Positions 1 to 12,276 of a stretch of DNA of 64,000 nucleotides are shown here, one piece after another; position 1 is the stretch's first letter; each line of letters opens with the position of its first letter. The notes under the pieces are model-generated. The model was not told the origin of the DNA. It did no database searches and worked only from the letters and a program-made list of their open reading frames with translations. Source of the DNA: Cyanophora paradoxa CCMP329 (taxonomy: Eukaryota; Plantae; Glaucophyta); assembly GCA_004431415.1 (NCBI GenBank), contig QPMI01000059.1, forward strand, positions 282,819 through 346,818. Direction: 5' to 3'. The translations under genes were made by a program, and so were the position numbers.

Positions 1-12
1 TGATTTTCGCAC

Positions 13-1784
13 CATAGCGCTCCTGGCCGCCGTAGCCGCCGTAGCCGCCGCCTGCGCATACAGAGCGAGAAGATCGATCGCTATATAGCTATGCATGACC
101 GTGTGGCCAGCGATGCGAATATTATATAATTAATTCAACTCATTTACCGAAGCGGTCCTGCCCGTAGCGGCCCTGGCCGTAGGGCTGGTTCTGCCAGTCC
201 TGACCTGCGTGAACTTTTAGTGGGCGCTTTAATTTGAAAAACTGCAGTGAATTCGAAGCATCTTAAGTAGAAAATATATGCACTATTTAGGTATAGATCT
301 AGATTTTAAATAGGAGCGACTCCTGTTTCGCTCTGGATTGAAATGCGGTTTTGCGTGCGCACCGAAGCGCTGGCCGCCTTGCTGCTGCTGCTGCCACGGC
401 TGGTTCTGCCAGTCCTGACCTGCAAAACTTTGAAACAATTGTACACATACAAGCGCGCATAATATTAATTGTAATAATATCGACCAGCTCCAGATCGATA
501 TTAATCAAGTACTAATACTGAGGGCGCCGGCGCCGAGTACTAATCGGCGCACCGAAGCGCTCCCGCTCACCGAAGCGCTGCTGGAAGTCCTGCCCGTAGC
601 CTGCGCAGGCGCAGAATGAACAGGAAACGCGCTTTCAACAATGCTAGCGCTGGACGAATCTTAAGCCTTCGCGATATATATAAAGTCACAGGTCGACTTT
701 CCCATCGGAAATATAATTATGAAGTCAAAGCCGCACGAGCGCATATATAGCGCACCGGTACGCTGGAAGTCCTGTCCCCCAAAGCCACCTGAGCCGCGGC
801 CGTGCAGATCAGTTTTCGAGTTCGGCGGATCCGGATCGTTTCCTAAGCCGCGGCCTAAGCCTAAGCCATTTTCTAAGCCGCGGCCGTCCGGCCTAAGCCT
901 AATCCGGATCGAATTCAGCTTCCTAAGGCGCGGCCGTGCAGATCAGTTTCGAATTCAAATTCGGCGGATCCGTATCGTTTCTGGAGATCGCAAAGCAATG
1001 ATTTCAGGGATTCAAATTTCGCACCGTACCGCTCCTGACCGCCGTAGCCGCCTCCTGCAGATCGATGTTCAGGATCAGTTTCGCGGTGCGAGATTCCCTG
1101 CAGCTGTCTGTGCATGCAGCCATGCAGTTATCTTTATAATTAATTATAATTATGAGCACCGAAGCGGTCCTGGTTGAAGCGGCCCTGCTGCTGCAGGTTC
1201 TGCCAGTCCTGACCTGCACGAAAATTGATCGTAAATAGAAGAGTACGTTTACTCGCTTTCAGACTCGGGAAATTTTAGGGCTCGAGTTCGATTCAGAGCG
1301 CGCCACCGAAGCGGTCGCGGTCGCCGTAGCGCTGGAAGTCCTGCTGCCCGAAGCCGCCCTGGTCGCCGCGGCCTGCCGCGCACGCGGGGTCGAACGGCGG
1401 GCACCGCACGCGCTCCGGGCCCTTCTCCCCTGCGCGGATTCGATCACGAATCGAAGCGCCCGCATGCGCAGTTGACATCGATATCGCAATCGAGGACACG
1501 GGAGACAGCGCGGGAGAAGCGCGCTCGAGCTCGCGATCGGTAGAGGCCTAGAGGGAGAGGGCACGGGAGACAGCGCGGGAGAAGCGCGCACCGACCCCGG
1601 ACGGACCGTAGTTCGAAGTGCCTGCGCGAGAGCGAGATCGATCAACCGCGGCGTCGTTCAGAGGCGTCGGTCGAGAAATCGAATTTTCCGCATGGGTCCG
1701 AACCGAACTGCGATCGAACTGCGTCAATACGGATCACAAGAGCAGCGCGCGCGTCGACGCTCGAGCCTCGGAGCGCACAGACAT
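13..1784 (-). CDS. Gly/Gln/Arg/aromatic-rich low-complexity (prion-like) repeat protein encoded by micro-exons; 3' end runs off the window
   Basis: Kozak-like ccgccaccATG at 1784. AG/GT-bounded exons, all multiples of 3 and phase 1-1: 1592-1621 (TSNYGPSGV), 1307-1372 (RGDQGGFGQQDFQRYGDRDRF), 1160-1213 (QDWQNLQQQGRFNQDRF), 1025-1054 (GGYGGQERY), 756-788 (GFGGQDFQRT), 553/571-600 (YGQDFQQRF[GERERF]), 363-419 (QDWQNQPWQQQQQGGQRF), 148-204 (QDWQNQPYGQGRYGQDRF), 13-51 (GGYGGYGGQERY). Exon structure between 1373 and 1720 is less certain. Confidence 0.8.
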
Positions 1785-2514
1785 GGTGGCGGAGATTTGA
1801 TCGGGTGCACGTGCGAGCGAGGCCCTGAGGCGAACTGGAAATGGAGTGCGGTCGAAGAGTCCGAATTCGCCACACCCGAGAGCTCGAGGGGAGATAAGCT
1901 CGAGGGGAGATCTCAGAATCTAGAGCTAGAGGAATCGCGAGCAGGCCATGAGCTCATTTCATCGGATGTTTGAAATTTGAGAAGACCTACAGCCTTTGAG
2001 AAGACCTAAGAAGGAGGAGCACAGCTAGCTAGATAGCCTAGTAGACTGCAAATTTCGCAAGATCTAAATCGAGCCTGATCATGACCATGAGCCGAGCCGA
2101 GGCGCCCCGCCCCCTTCGATCGCGAGCTCCTCCCCTCCCCTCCCTCCCCCCTCCCCCTCCCCTCTCCGCCCCCCCCCCCCCCCCCCCCCCACGCCCCCCA
2201 CCCCTGCAGGCGACTTTGGATCCTGGGAGGAAGACAAATTCACTGACTAGTACTGGAAACCGGATCATACTATGGCTATGTAAATTAAAACAACCCAACA
2301 ACGATTCCATTATATATAACTAGAGTTGCGAGATAGCCGGCGAGCCTGCGCATGTGAGCCTAGAGAATACTGCGACATGCATATGTGCACCGGTATACTA
2401 TGATAGCTAGAAGCCTCAAAGCAAAGAAAGCCTAAAAGATAGTTCAAGGTAGAGCCGCTGAGCATTATGGCATAAATTAAACCTACGATGGCCACGATGC
2501 TGATCCGATACTAA

Positions 2515-4884
2515 TCAGCCGGCGCCCGCGGCGGCCCCGGACTCGCGGTCACGCGCCGTGGTCGCCCCGGCGGCCCGGGCGCGCGCCCCGGGCCAGCTGC
2601 AGCCGCCTGGGACGTCGACGGTCTAGAGTTGATAAGAACACCGAGCTCGAGTGCCACGGTGCAAGCAAAGCCAAGCGTGCCGGGCACATCCTATAGCTAG
2701 CTAGCCTCAACTCTTCCGCCACACCTAAGCCACCTTGGGCTATCTCTCCACGCGGTTCCATGCCGTCGTCGCCCCGGCGGCCCGCGCGTGCGTGCGGCTG
2801 CGCCATCGCATCGCCAGCATCGCCGCGCGCGTCGTCGCCCTGCCGCAGAAACAGGACCGGATCCGGATCAGTTGCATGGAAGAACAGCACCAGGCCAGTA
2901 AATGCTTCTAGCATTGTTTTAGTCTCTCTTTCGAAATTCTCTCATTTGAATTATAAGTAAGAGCCCGCGGCCGGCCCGGCGGCCCGCTCGCGCATGCGCA
3001 CCTGTACGCGCGCTTGCGGCTGTAGGACGAGAAGGCGAGCGAGGCGGCGAGGACGGCCAGCGACGCGCCGCAGATCCCGAACGCGACGTACGCCGACTGC
3101 CTCGGCGAATCAGTGAGGCGTACGTACACACAAATCGAAGGCTCATGATCGTGAGTGATCGATCACCTCGGCCCCCGGGCCGCCCTTCAGGAGCGGGGTC
3201 GCGATGGCGAGGACGAGGAAGAGCAGATTGAGGGCGACGCCCCCGAGGCCGCCCTGGACGGAACGTTAACCAAATCAATCCCAAATTTGAGCGCAATGGA
3301 GGCTCATGATCAGCTTCCTGGACTACATTCTTGTTAACGAGATTGGAGGATTAGAACGTTAACCAAATCAATTCCACGAGGCTAGTCACTAACATTCCTG
3401 GACTTCCTGGAAGCTGAGACACGAGGCTTAGGAAATGCGCAAGCCCCCGTAATTATATAAGAGCTTATAAAGCCCAGAAATCATTAGCTCAAATTCAAAT
3501 TCATGCGCGCGCGCGCGTGCGCACCCATCCGTTGCGCTAACGCTTCACGCTAAAGCTTCACGTTTCATTTAGAGCTAAAGCTTCACGGTTCATTTAGAGC
3601 TCATTCGCATACAGCTTAAGCTTCAAGCGCGGGCGCACCCATCCGTTGCGGAGGGCGCTGAAGCCGGGCTTGCCGTACGTCGCCGCGAAGTTCGCGAGGC
3701 ACCCCAGGCAGTCTGCCGGGGCGGGGTGGCCATGGGTCAGCAAAGTGAACGTCAACTACGCGCTCCAGCGAGTGACGGCGCCTGGGGCTAGCGCTGCGGC
3801 GGCTCCCCGGTCTTCGGTAGGGATGCTAAATGAAACGCGCCGTCTCCAAGAAAACGGAGGCTCTTAACTTGAGCTTATAATATTTAGCTTCAGATCTAGA
3901 ACATTAGAAGCTCAAGAAAGAGTGGAAAGGGGCGCGCGCACAGAGGAGGAAAGTGCCGTAGTTGGCACCTTAGCTCAGCTCTAGCGGAAGCTTCTCTTTA
4001 ATTTATGCTTGATTATAAGTTCACACGCAAAAAGCTTCGCGCTTAGCTCTAGATTATTGGAAGAAGCAAGAAAGGAGGAAAGTGCCGTAGATGGAGACTT
4101 AGCTTCAGAGGAGGCGCACTCGGTGCCATACGACGTTGTCTCTCTATAGCTAAGCTCTCTTTAAAGATATACATGAAAGACACTTTAAGGTGGATGTTTG
4201 ACGGATGATTTAGCTTGCTCGCTTCGATTCGGGCTCGGGGCGCACAGAGCAGGAAATTGAAGTGCCTTAGCTTGAGCTTAACTTGAGCTTAACTTTAGAA
4301 AGAGTGGAAACGTTTAACGGGCGCACAGAGGAGGAAGGTGCCGAAGATGGAGACGCTCGTCAGGGCCCCCGCCACCACCGGCTGCGCGAACGCACATAAA
4401 ATGAGATCGAAGCGAAGGCCGAGGGCGGGGCGCAGCGGCGCGCTCGCTCGTTCTGGCTCCACCCCCGCCCCGCCCCGCCCCGCTCCGCCAGTGTTGACAG
4501 GCCCAAAGATCTAGGAGGGCCCCGCAGCTAGCCCTCCGCCTCTAGGCCGAGAGGCCGAGAGCTAGCTCCCCGCCAATCCCCCAGAGGGCTCTACAGCTAG
4601 GCCCCCGCCTTATCTCTAGCCCCTCATGATCATGATCACCCCCGCAGCTAGCCCCCCGCCACACCCGCCCCCTCCCTCCGCCTCGGGCGCACGTAGGCGA
4701 GGCCGAGGAGGGCGAGGGCGGCGGAGACGGCGGTGCAGAGGTAGATCGCCTTTTCCGGCGTCCCTGCGAGGCGGGCGGCGGATCGGAGTAAGGACCGGCT
4801 TAGGGCGGCGGAGTTAGGCCGGGGGCTAGCTTTATAGCTAGCTAGCTGTAGGACGGGGCGGGGCGGAGCGGGGCGGGGGCAGGT

Positions 4885-4918
<34 letters not shown>

Positions 4919-7625
4919 CGGGGCGGGGCGGGGGCGGACCGTAGGAGGGGTGGAGGGAGCGGAAGAGGGCGGGGAGGCTCCCCTCCACCCCCGCCTGGTA
5001 CGTCAGCTGCGCCCCGGGTATACATCAGCCGTTCAGACTCGTTTGGCATTCGAGTAGATAAATAGATAGATCAGATAGATAGAGTACGTCAGCTGCGCCC
5101 CGTATATACATCAGCGCTGGCTGTCTGGACGCTTAAGCTGAAGCGGAAGCTTAATCATCAATTCAACGTTGCGATTGGCTTTTAAGCATAGACAGAAAGA
5201 TTAGATACGGTACGTCAGCTGCCCCGCTGCGCCCCGCATCATGATCAGCCGTTCAGACTCGATTGGCATGCCAGTAGATAGATAGATAGATTAGATCCGT
5301 CAGCCTCTAGCCCCTGTGGGTCGGGGTAGTTAGATAGATAGATAGATAGATAGATAGATCAGACCCGGTACGTCGGCTGCACCGCGCCCTCCAGCTAGCC
5401 CTAGTGCCACTTATACCCCTTCTCCACACGAAAGGCCTCGAGCTCGTTGGGGGAGGGGGGGAAGGGGGGTAGATGCCCTTAGATCCTTTTTGGAGAGGGG
5501 TACCTTGACGCCGGCGTTGACGGAGGAGACGTAGGAGCCGTTGCCGCCCCCGCCGCCGCCGCCCCCGCCAGCGCCCCGTCCGCGCTCCGCACCCGCCCCG
5601 AGAGCGCCAGCTGCGAACGTAGGAGGAGTAGTCAACGTTGTAGCAGCGGGTTATATTTAGATTAGAGATGTTGGGGGTACGCGCGCACCTTGGCGGAGGA
5701 GTAGGAGAGGGCGTAGAGGACGATGGGGTACAGCAGCGAAACGTAGATGCCTGCGTGGGGGGGGGGAGTAGGGAGGGAGGGGGGTACGGTGCTCAGAAGC
5801 GTGGACGCATATACTGGCCGGAAAGCGGGTGCGGGGAGAGGGAGAGGCGCCCAGTAAGAATGAAGCGAGGGATTTAGATCCCTCGCGGGTGTGGCGGAGG
5901 CGCTAGGCGTGCTCCCGTTCTAGAAGCGGCGGCGTCAGAGCGAGGGAGCCCGGATCCGGCCCCGGGCCCTAGGCCAACCTGGCCGGAACTTCGGAATGCG
6001 AAGCGGGTGCGGGGAGAGATAGAGGCGCCCAGCGCTCCTAGAGGGGCCCGGGCCCTTCCCTAGGCCGCAGACCCTGTACCCCCCGCAGAGCGAGGAAGCC
6101 GGGATCCGGCCCGGCCGAGCCCCAGGCCAACTCCTTAACCCGACCGCTGGACCCTGCGTCCTCTCCCCCCGCCTCCACCCCCCCCCCAAAAAAGGAGGCG
6201 GGTGTACCCCTGGGGATGTGGCGGCGGACGTCGATCGTGTCGGGGGCGAAGTTCACGGCGGATTCGAACCCGATGTAGATCACGATCGCCAGCGTCACCT
6301 GAGCGCGGGTGAGCGCGAGTGACCCCCCCCCCCCGCCCGGAGCCGCTCAGATGAGCCCGCCCGGAGCCGCTCGGAACGGGGCCTCTCTAAGAATTCAGGC
6401 ACGAGCCGGGCGTCTATGGGGCCCCCACACGACAGTCCGCGTGCGCGCGCGCTAGGACGCCCGCTCGCGGACCCTGGCCCCTTCTAAATGGGCCATGAAA
6501 TATATTGCGCCGTCCCCTAGTTATTATAAGGGGCAGGCACCTGGGAGAGGAACGCGGATATCGATGCGGACAGGAGGATATACATAGATGTTGGATAGAT
6601 GTTGGAAAGTATACTGCGCCGTGCCTAGTTATAAGGGACAGGCACCGCAAGTCACTAGTTCAAAGGGTTTTCTAACAAAGTAGCAAGATTTCAAGCACGA
6701 TAGTAGAAATGTACAGCGCCGTCGCTAGTTATTTGTTAAGGGGGCTGGGCCTCTCTGGCTGGGCCCGGCGGCCTCTCTAGAGATCGCTGTAGATCCCTTG
6801 GGGCGCCCCTAGTGGACCCCCTTCTGACCGTCCGGCACACGGACCCTGGACCCCCTAAATGGGCCATGAAATATACTGCGCCGCCCCTAGTTATTGTAAG
6901 GGGCAGGCACCTGGGAAAGGAAAGCCGAGGCGGACGTGGGGGCGAAGGTCGACGAGGCGGTCGCCGCCCACTCCTCCGGCCCCAGGCCCCGCGGGTTCAC
7001 GATCCGGTACTAAAAATAGATCGTTGGCGAGGGTACAGGGGAGGACGCGGGGGGGGGGGGAGTGAGGGGATACGCGCACGAGGAAGGCCATGATGGAGAA
7101 GAGGAGGATGGCGACGACCTGAGAGGGGGGGGTACAGTCGGAGGAGGAAGGGGCGGGGGGAGGGGAGGGAGGGAGGGGTACCTGGATGGCCACGATGCCG
7201 AGGTTGAAGTCGGAGGAGAATCGCGTACCCGCCACGCAGACGGCCGCCGCGGCCAGGGCCACAGCAATCGCGAACCCCATCTGCAGGCTCAAGGACGCCT
7301 GAGGGGGTACCGGAATGAGCCACTGGCCATGGGTAGCGCAGCGGGGTACGGGCCTGGATCCTGAAGCCCGTGGAGAGAAGGTACCCCATGTTCGAGGCGA
7401 TCGGGGCGAGGACGCTGCTGGGGTACACCTGCTCGGGGCGGGCGTCAGACAGAGCGGGCGGGGGTACTTGAAACGGCGGCGGGGGGGTACCCAGTAGAGG
7501 AGAAAGCCGCCGTAGAAGGCCCCAAGCTGGAGGGGCCTCGCGAAGCGGCGGATGAGGGGTATCTTGCTGCTCTCGAACGCGGCCTGTACCCCCCTCGTCG
7601 AACGGGAGCGACGGCGGAGACGTGA

Positions 7626-7661
<36 letters not shown>

Positions 7662-8398
7662 GCTCGCCTCGCAGTAGTCGTAGATGCCGCCCAGGCGGGG
7701 GTACCTGTTTCGCCCCTTTAGGCGCCGGGAAGCTCGCAGGAGGGGGCGGAGTGAGGGGGTAGGGGGGTACCGGACGGCGAGGGTGGAGAAAGAGAGGGCG
7801 GTGAGGTACGTGATTATGCCGGAGGCGACCACTCCGATCCTGCGCCAGCTCAGAGAGGGGTACAGGCGCGCCGTACAGGGGGGGTAGAGGTGCTCGCCAC
7901 ATGTCGGACCACGTCGGGTTGCCGTAGAAGTCCGTCGCCGAGATTTGAAGCGCGAGCGTACTCCAGAAAAGTCCGAGGGGGGCCTGCGCATGCGGCGCGG
8001 CGGGAGCGGCGGCGGGGACGGCGGCGGGTCAGAGCGGGCGCGCGTGTGAGGCCGGGTGCGCTAGCTGGTCCGCCCGTCCAAGCTGGACGATCGCGCACCA
8101 TAAAAGCGACCTGAGGAGAATGCGGTGCATGAGTTTAGAGCATCGGGAGAAAGCAAGCGCGCGAGGGCGCGGCGCCGGCGCACCATCTTTGGAGCCGCGG
8201 AGGGCGGATCGGATTTCGATCGGAGCGTTAGCTACGCGAGCGGCGCAGGTGAGGGGCCATACACACGTTCATGGTGATGTCGTTCGCCTCCTGCGGAGCG
8301 CGTGAGCTCGGCGGCTCGCGCGGGAAAGACACTCGGCGTTCTCGCACCAGGTACCGCTTCTGCCTGTCCTCCCCCTTTGCGCCGCCTGCGCTCGCCAT
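2515..8398 (-). CDS. APC-superfamily amino acid permease (multi-exon)
   Basis: Joined exons give MASAGGAKGEDRQKRYL-EANDITMN-VAFM-APLGLFWSTL (TM1), FSTLAVRYPRLGGIYDYCEAAF (APC 'YAEL..YP.AGG.Y.Y..AF' loop), VTLAIVIYIGFESAVNFAPDTIDVRRHIP (TM6 'GFE...E..NP.R.IP'), GSYVSSVNAGVK, AGALTSVSIFGTFLL and further hydrophobic exons. The 3' end near 2515 is approximate. Confidence 0.8.
5330..5359. repeat. (GATA)n microsatellite
   Basis: tagatagatagatagata...; smaller copies near 5060 and 5275. Confidence 0.85.
6468..6916. repeat. ~80-bp intronic direct repeat with two partial copies
   Basis: ggaccctgg...taaatgggccatgaaatata(t/c)tgcgccg...ctagttatt(a/g)taaggggcaggcacctggga at ~6468-6546 and ~6840-6916; fragments near 6610 and 6710. 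Confidence 0.8.
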
Positions 8399-8689
8399 TC
8401 TGTCCTACAGTCTACAGATTGACGGCTAGCTAAACTGCGCGCCCGCGGCCGGTCCCGCAGATCCAGAACCGGCGCCTCCCGCGCGCGAGGCACGCAGCGC
8501 GTCGGGTCCGGCTGCCCTTGAACTGCTGCTGTGGCTCCGCCGGCGGGCGCGCCGGGCTGTGCTGCTCTTGCCCCAGCTTTGACACGGGTAGAGGGGTACA
8601 GTCGCAACAAGGCGCTCCGTATCGCTCTCGCATCTTTCAAGCTGGATCGGCACAACAAGAAGAGCGGCCGCAGGGATCCACCGCCGCCG

Positions 8690-9817
8690 ATGTTCGCGGC
8701 GCCGGGCTTCGCCCGGGCGGCGTCCGCCCTGCGCTTCGTGGCGGCGCCGCCAGCTGCCACCATCATTGGGCCAGCCGCGGCGGGCGTCCGCGTGCGCGTC
8801 GCACCTTTCGGCAATCAGAACAACAATCGCCGGGAGCCGCCGCGGCCGAGCGGGAGCCCGCAGCGGCCCAGAGAGAGACAGACTTCGTGGTCAGGTTCGA
8901 CCCTCTTCGGCATTGCAGCGATCGCCAGCAGCGTCGCGATCTTTGGATCTTCCTTGTACACGGCCTTCGCGGACGCCGCCGCACGCGGCCTTTCTGCCGT
9001 CGCCGGCCCGGCGCGGGAGGCGCACATCTCGTATGACGTGCTCCGTAGCGCTGGCGACGGCCGGTGCCTCTTCCGCTCGGTGCGTAAACCGCTGGAAGCC
9101 TGCGAGCGGCTCTGCGCTGACGCACGCGGACCGCAGATCGTCCAGGGCAGGGCGTTCGCTCGCGGGGACCGCCTGACCCTCGACGCGGAGACCAAGGAGG
9201 CCGACCAGCTGCGGAAACAGATATGCGATGCATTCCCGAGCTACAGGGAACAGTTCGAGGTGCGCGCTCCTGCCGCCGCCCGCGTCTGTCTCTGAACGAG
9301 TGATTGCTCGGCAGCTTTTCGGCGCTCTGCAGCCTGGCACGATGGACGCTTACTTGAAAAGACTCGCCAATCCAGCATTCTGGGGTCTGAGTCCCGACTC
9401 GCACGCGCCGCGCCGCAGATTTGATCGAGATTTGATCGCAGGCGGCGAGCTCGAGATGCTCATCGCTGCCGACCTTCTTAAGCTGCCCATCTTCGTGTAC
9501 TTGTCCGACCGGACCGGTTACTACGCCATACAAAAGCGCGCCATTTTCGAATTTGATCCCGCGGTCCATCCGTCTCGCCGTGCTGACGCGTTTGGGCCGT
9601 GGCGCCGGCGCAGGTACGGCGAGCAGTACACGAAGTCAGACGCCATTCGGGTGCGCGCGCAGCTCCTGTCGTCCTCTTCCGCCAGCGGCGCCGCCGTCCT
9701 TCTCTCTGACTCGCCCCTGTCGTCTTTGCGCGGCCGCAGCTGCTGTACAATGGCTCTACGCACTACGATCTCCTCCTGCCACGCGCCGGCTCGCCCCCTG
9801 CGAGCCGCGAGGAGTGA
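8690..9817 (+). CDS. OTU-domain deubiquitinase (plant OTU3/OTU4-like) with N-terminal transit-peptide-like and hydrophobic segment
   Basis: Catalytic Cys motif AGDGRCLFRS, WGGELEM box and C-terminal LLYNGSTHYDLL His motif across short introns; stop TGA at 9815-9817. Confidence 0.88.
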
Positions 9818-10156
9818 TCATAAGCGACGCTTCCGGGTCGGCCGCGTTGTTGTAGTTGTACGTATACTATATTCAAGCTCACGATGCTTGATTGACATTC
9901 AAGCTGAAGCTAATCATAAAGCTTGCTCTACATTCATGATCACGGTCATGCTCAACCTTGTACCTGAACTGAAAGACGCGCGACTAGCTAAGCCCTACCA
10001 CTCGCGCGCTGGGTCGCCGCAGCCGCACGACGCTATCTGATTATGTAAGCATTGAAATTGATAGAAGCGAAGAAGCAAGATAGGTTTCAAAGCGGAAAGG
10101 AAAGCGAAGATTCGAAGGAAAGTAATGAAGAGGTGTAGGAAAACTAGCTAGTTGGG

Positions 10157-12075
10157 CTACTCGTCGGGCTTGCGAGACCCGACGCGAATCTCAGAGGCCA
10201 CAGAAGCGAAGGTGCTCGCCAGGGGATCGTAGGCGCTCCTTAGAAGCCTCGGGAGCGAAGCGGCCGCCTCGAGCAGGCGGGAGGGGTACAGGGCGGAAGG
10301 GGGGGACGTGGCGGCTTGCTTGGCCTGGAGCGCCGGCGCTGGCGAGGGCGCCTCTGCGCGGCTCGGGAGGTCGACGGGTACGGGGCTCTCGAAGCGGGCG
10401 TGCGGGAGGAGGGGTACGCGCTGCGACGAGAGGAAGTCGCCCTGCGGGGGTACCGGCACCTTCAGATTCGAAAAGTCGATTCAGAAACAAAGACAGGGCA
10501 CGCACGGGGCAGTACTTTGAGGCGACCGGCCAGTGGGGCCGCAGGACGCCCATCCGCTGGTAGGCCACTGGGGGGGGGGGTACGGTAAGAGAGATCGAAA
10601 GGAGATAAAAATAGAACGAGAGCCAAAAATAGGCGCACGGGCGACGAGCTCGGAGCAGAGGAGCGCGTGCTCCTCTATCTTCTCTTCCCCCGCCACCCGA
10701 ACCGTCCTGGGGAGGTACGTAAGCCTCCGGGAGGGGTAGGGGACTGCGGATGGGGGGGGGGGGACGAAGGCACCTGAGGTGCTGGAGGGTCTCCTTGGGG
10801 CAGTTGCGGCGCTCCTGGGGGGTACAAGAAAGCCGCTCGGAAAGGCACGCGGCGGAATTCGAACGCGGGTTCGCGCACCTGGGCGAGGCTGATCAGCCCG
10901 TAGTCCCGGTGGGCCGCGTCCAGGGGGGTAGAGGAAATCGGGGCGTCCGGCTCGATGTGCCCCAGGGCCCTCTCCAACCGCTCGATCCGCGCAGCCTGCG
11001 GCGAAGAGGGTCGGGGGTGGGTGGAGAAGCGGGAGGGGGGTACGTGTACCTTCAGCCGCTCGTTGGGGAGCCGCAGCCAGACACAGAGAAGGTCCCACGG
11101 GTGTTTGTTGTACGGCTTGTCGCGAACCTCCGCAAGGAACTCGTCCAGCGCTCTCGCGACGTCCTGTACTCCCTTTAGGGGGGTATGGCATCGAGGGGAT
11201 TGAATAGGATGGGTACCCCGGTGCGCTCGAAGGAGATGGGGCGTACGGCGACCTCGCGGGACCGGTACGAGGCCACGCGACTGCCGAACGGGAAGAGATG
11301 TACCCCCTTGGCTGCGGAAACGAGGGGGGGGTAAAGGAATGCTTGCGATTTAGAGTAGGCCAACAAGAAGCCGCACCTGTGGCTTCGAGGACGAAAGGCT
11401 CGCAGCGACCGTCGCAGGAGCCAGTGGCACAGGAGCACACTTCGAAGCGGCCGGCGATCGGCGGGGGGTCCCTCGCGCGCTGCGGCGCGTTGGGTCGGCG
11501 GTGGTAAACAGCGAAGGCAACCGCGTGCGCGCCGCACCGCCTGCGCATCCGCAGAGCCCGCCGCCGGTTCGTCAAGGGCTCTCCCGCGCACCACTAGTCC
11601 GATGTGGTCCCTGCGCACAAGGCTCGAAACGTCGCACGAGGCGCCTGCGGGCGGCTGCGCACCAGCGCGACGTCCACGTCTTCACGACGTGGATCTGGGC
11701 TATTAGGCGCCAGTTGCGGTAGCGGCTCGTGTCGCTGTCGTAGAGAACGAGGTCGCCCTGAACCCGAGCGTGAGCCGCGGGCCAGCGCTGGAGCGCCGCG
11801 GAATGCGCCGCATTCCGGCGCAGCTAACGGCAGAAGCGGGGGCTGCGGCCCGGCGCTCGCAGTGCGCGCGGCCCGGGTAAGGGCGTGATGCCCGGCCCAT
11901 CGGAATCTAGCCGCGCCCCGCGCACCGTCTGTACGCGGCGGCCGGCCGAGGCCACATCGACCGTCGAGGCCACGCCCCGCTTCGGTTCCTCAAGGTCAGA
12001 GTTGTTAGGAAGCGTGGCAGCGACGAGGCCGACCGCGGCCGCGAGGCCGACACGGAGGCCGCGGCCACGGCCCAT
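10157..12075 (-). CDS. Permuted papain-like NlpC/P60 amidase (YiiX/YebB-like), multi-exon
   Basis: Exons give GDLVLY...VKTWTSRWDHIGLVV (His), FVLEA..GVHLFPFGSRVASY, ALDEFLAEVRDKPY and LLCSELVA..AYQRMGVLRPHWPVASKYCPGDFLSS (Cys after His, i.e. permuted order). The start at 12075 (MGRGRGLRVGLAAAVGLVAA) is inferred. Confidence 0.75.
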
Positions 12076-12276
12076 TGCCTGAGGCGCCTGTAGGCACCAC
12101 GCGAGCTCGTCACAGTGGCAGCGGTCCCGCAGGGGCGGTCGCTTCGGCGCGGGCAGCAGCTGGTCTGGGGTACAGCAACTCTAACGTCAACACATCGCGC
12201 AAACAAAGCGGAGAGCGCCGTAGGTCCCCGGCTTCTTCTGACATCGTGTTCGAGCTCGGGAGGCGTGCCCCCAGTC

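Noticed and set aside
13-1372. RFamide/RYamide neuropeptide precursor (repeats end in RFG/RYG)
   Set aside because: No signal peptide, and no basic cleavage sites after the Gly once exons are joined.
10157-12075. Sucrase-ferredoxin-like Fe-S protein (CSCATGSCDGRC)
   Set aside because: The flanking DHIGLVV and CSELVA...PGDF motifs fit a permuted NlpC/P60 amidase; the Cys cluster is an insert.
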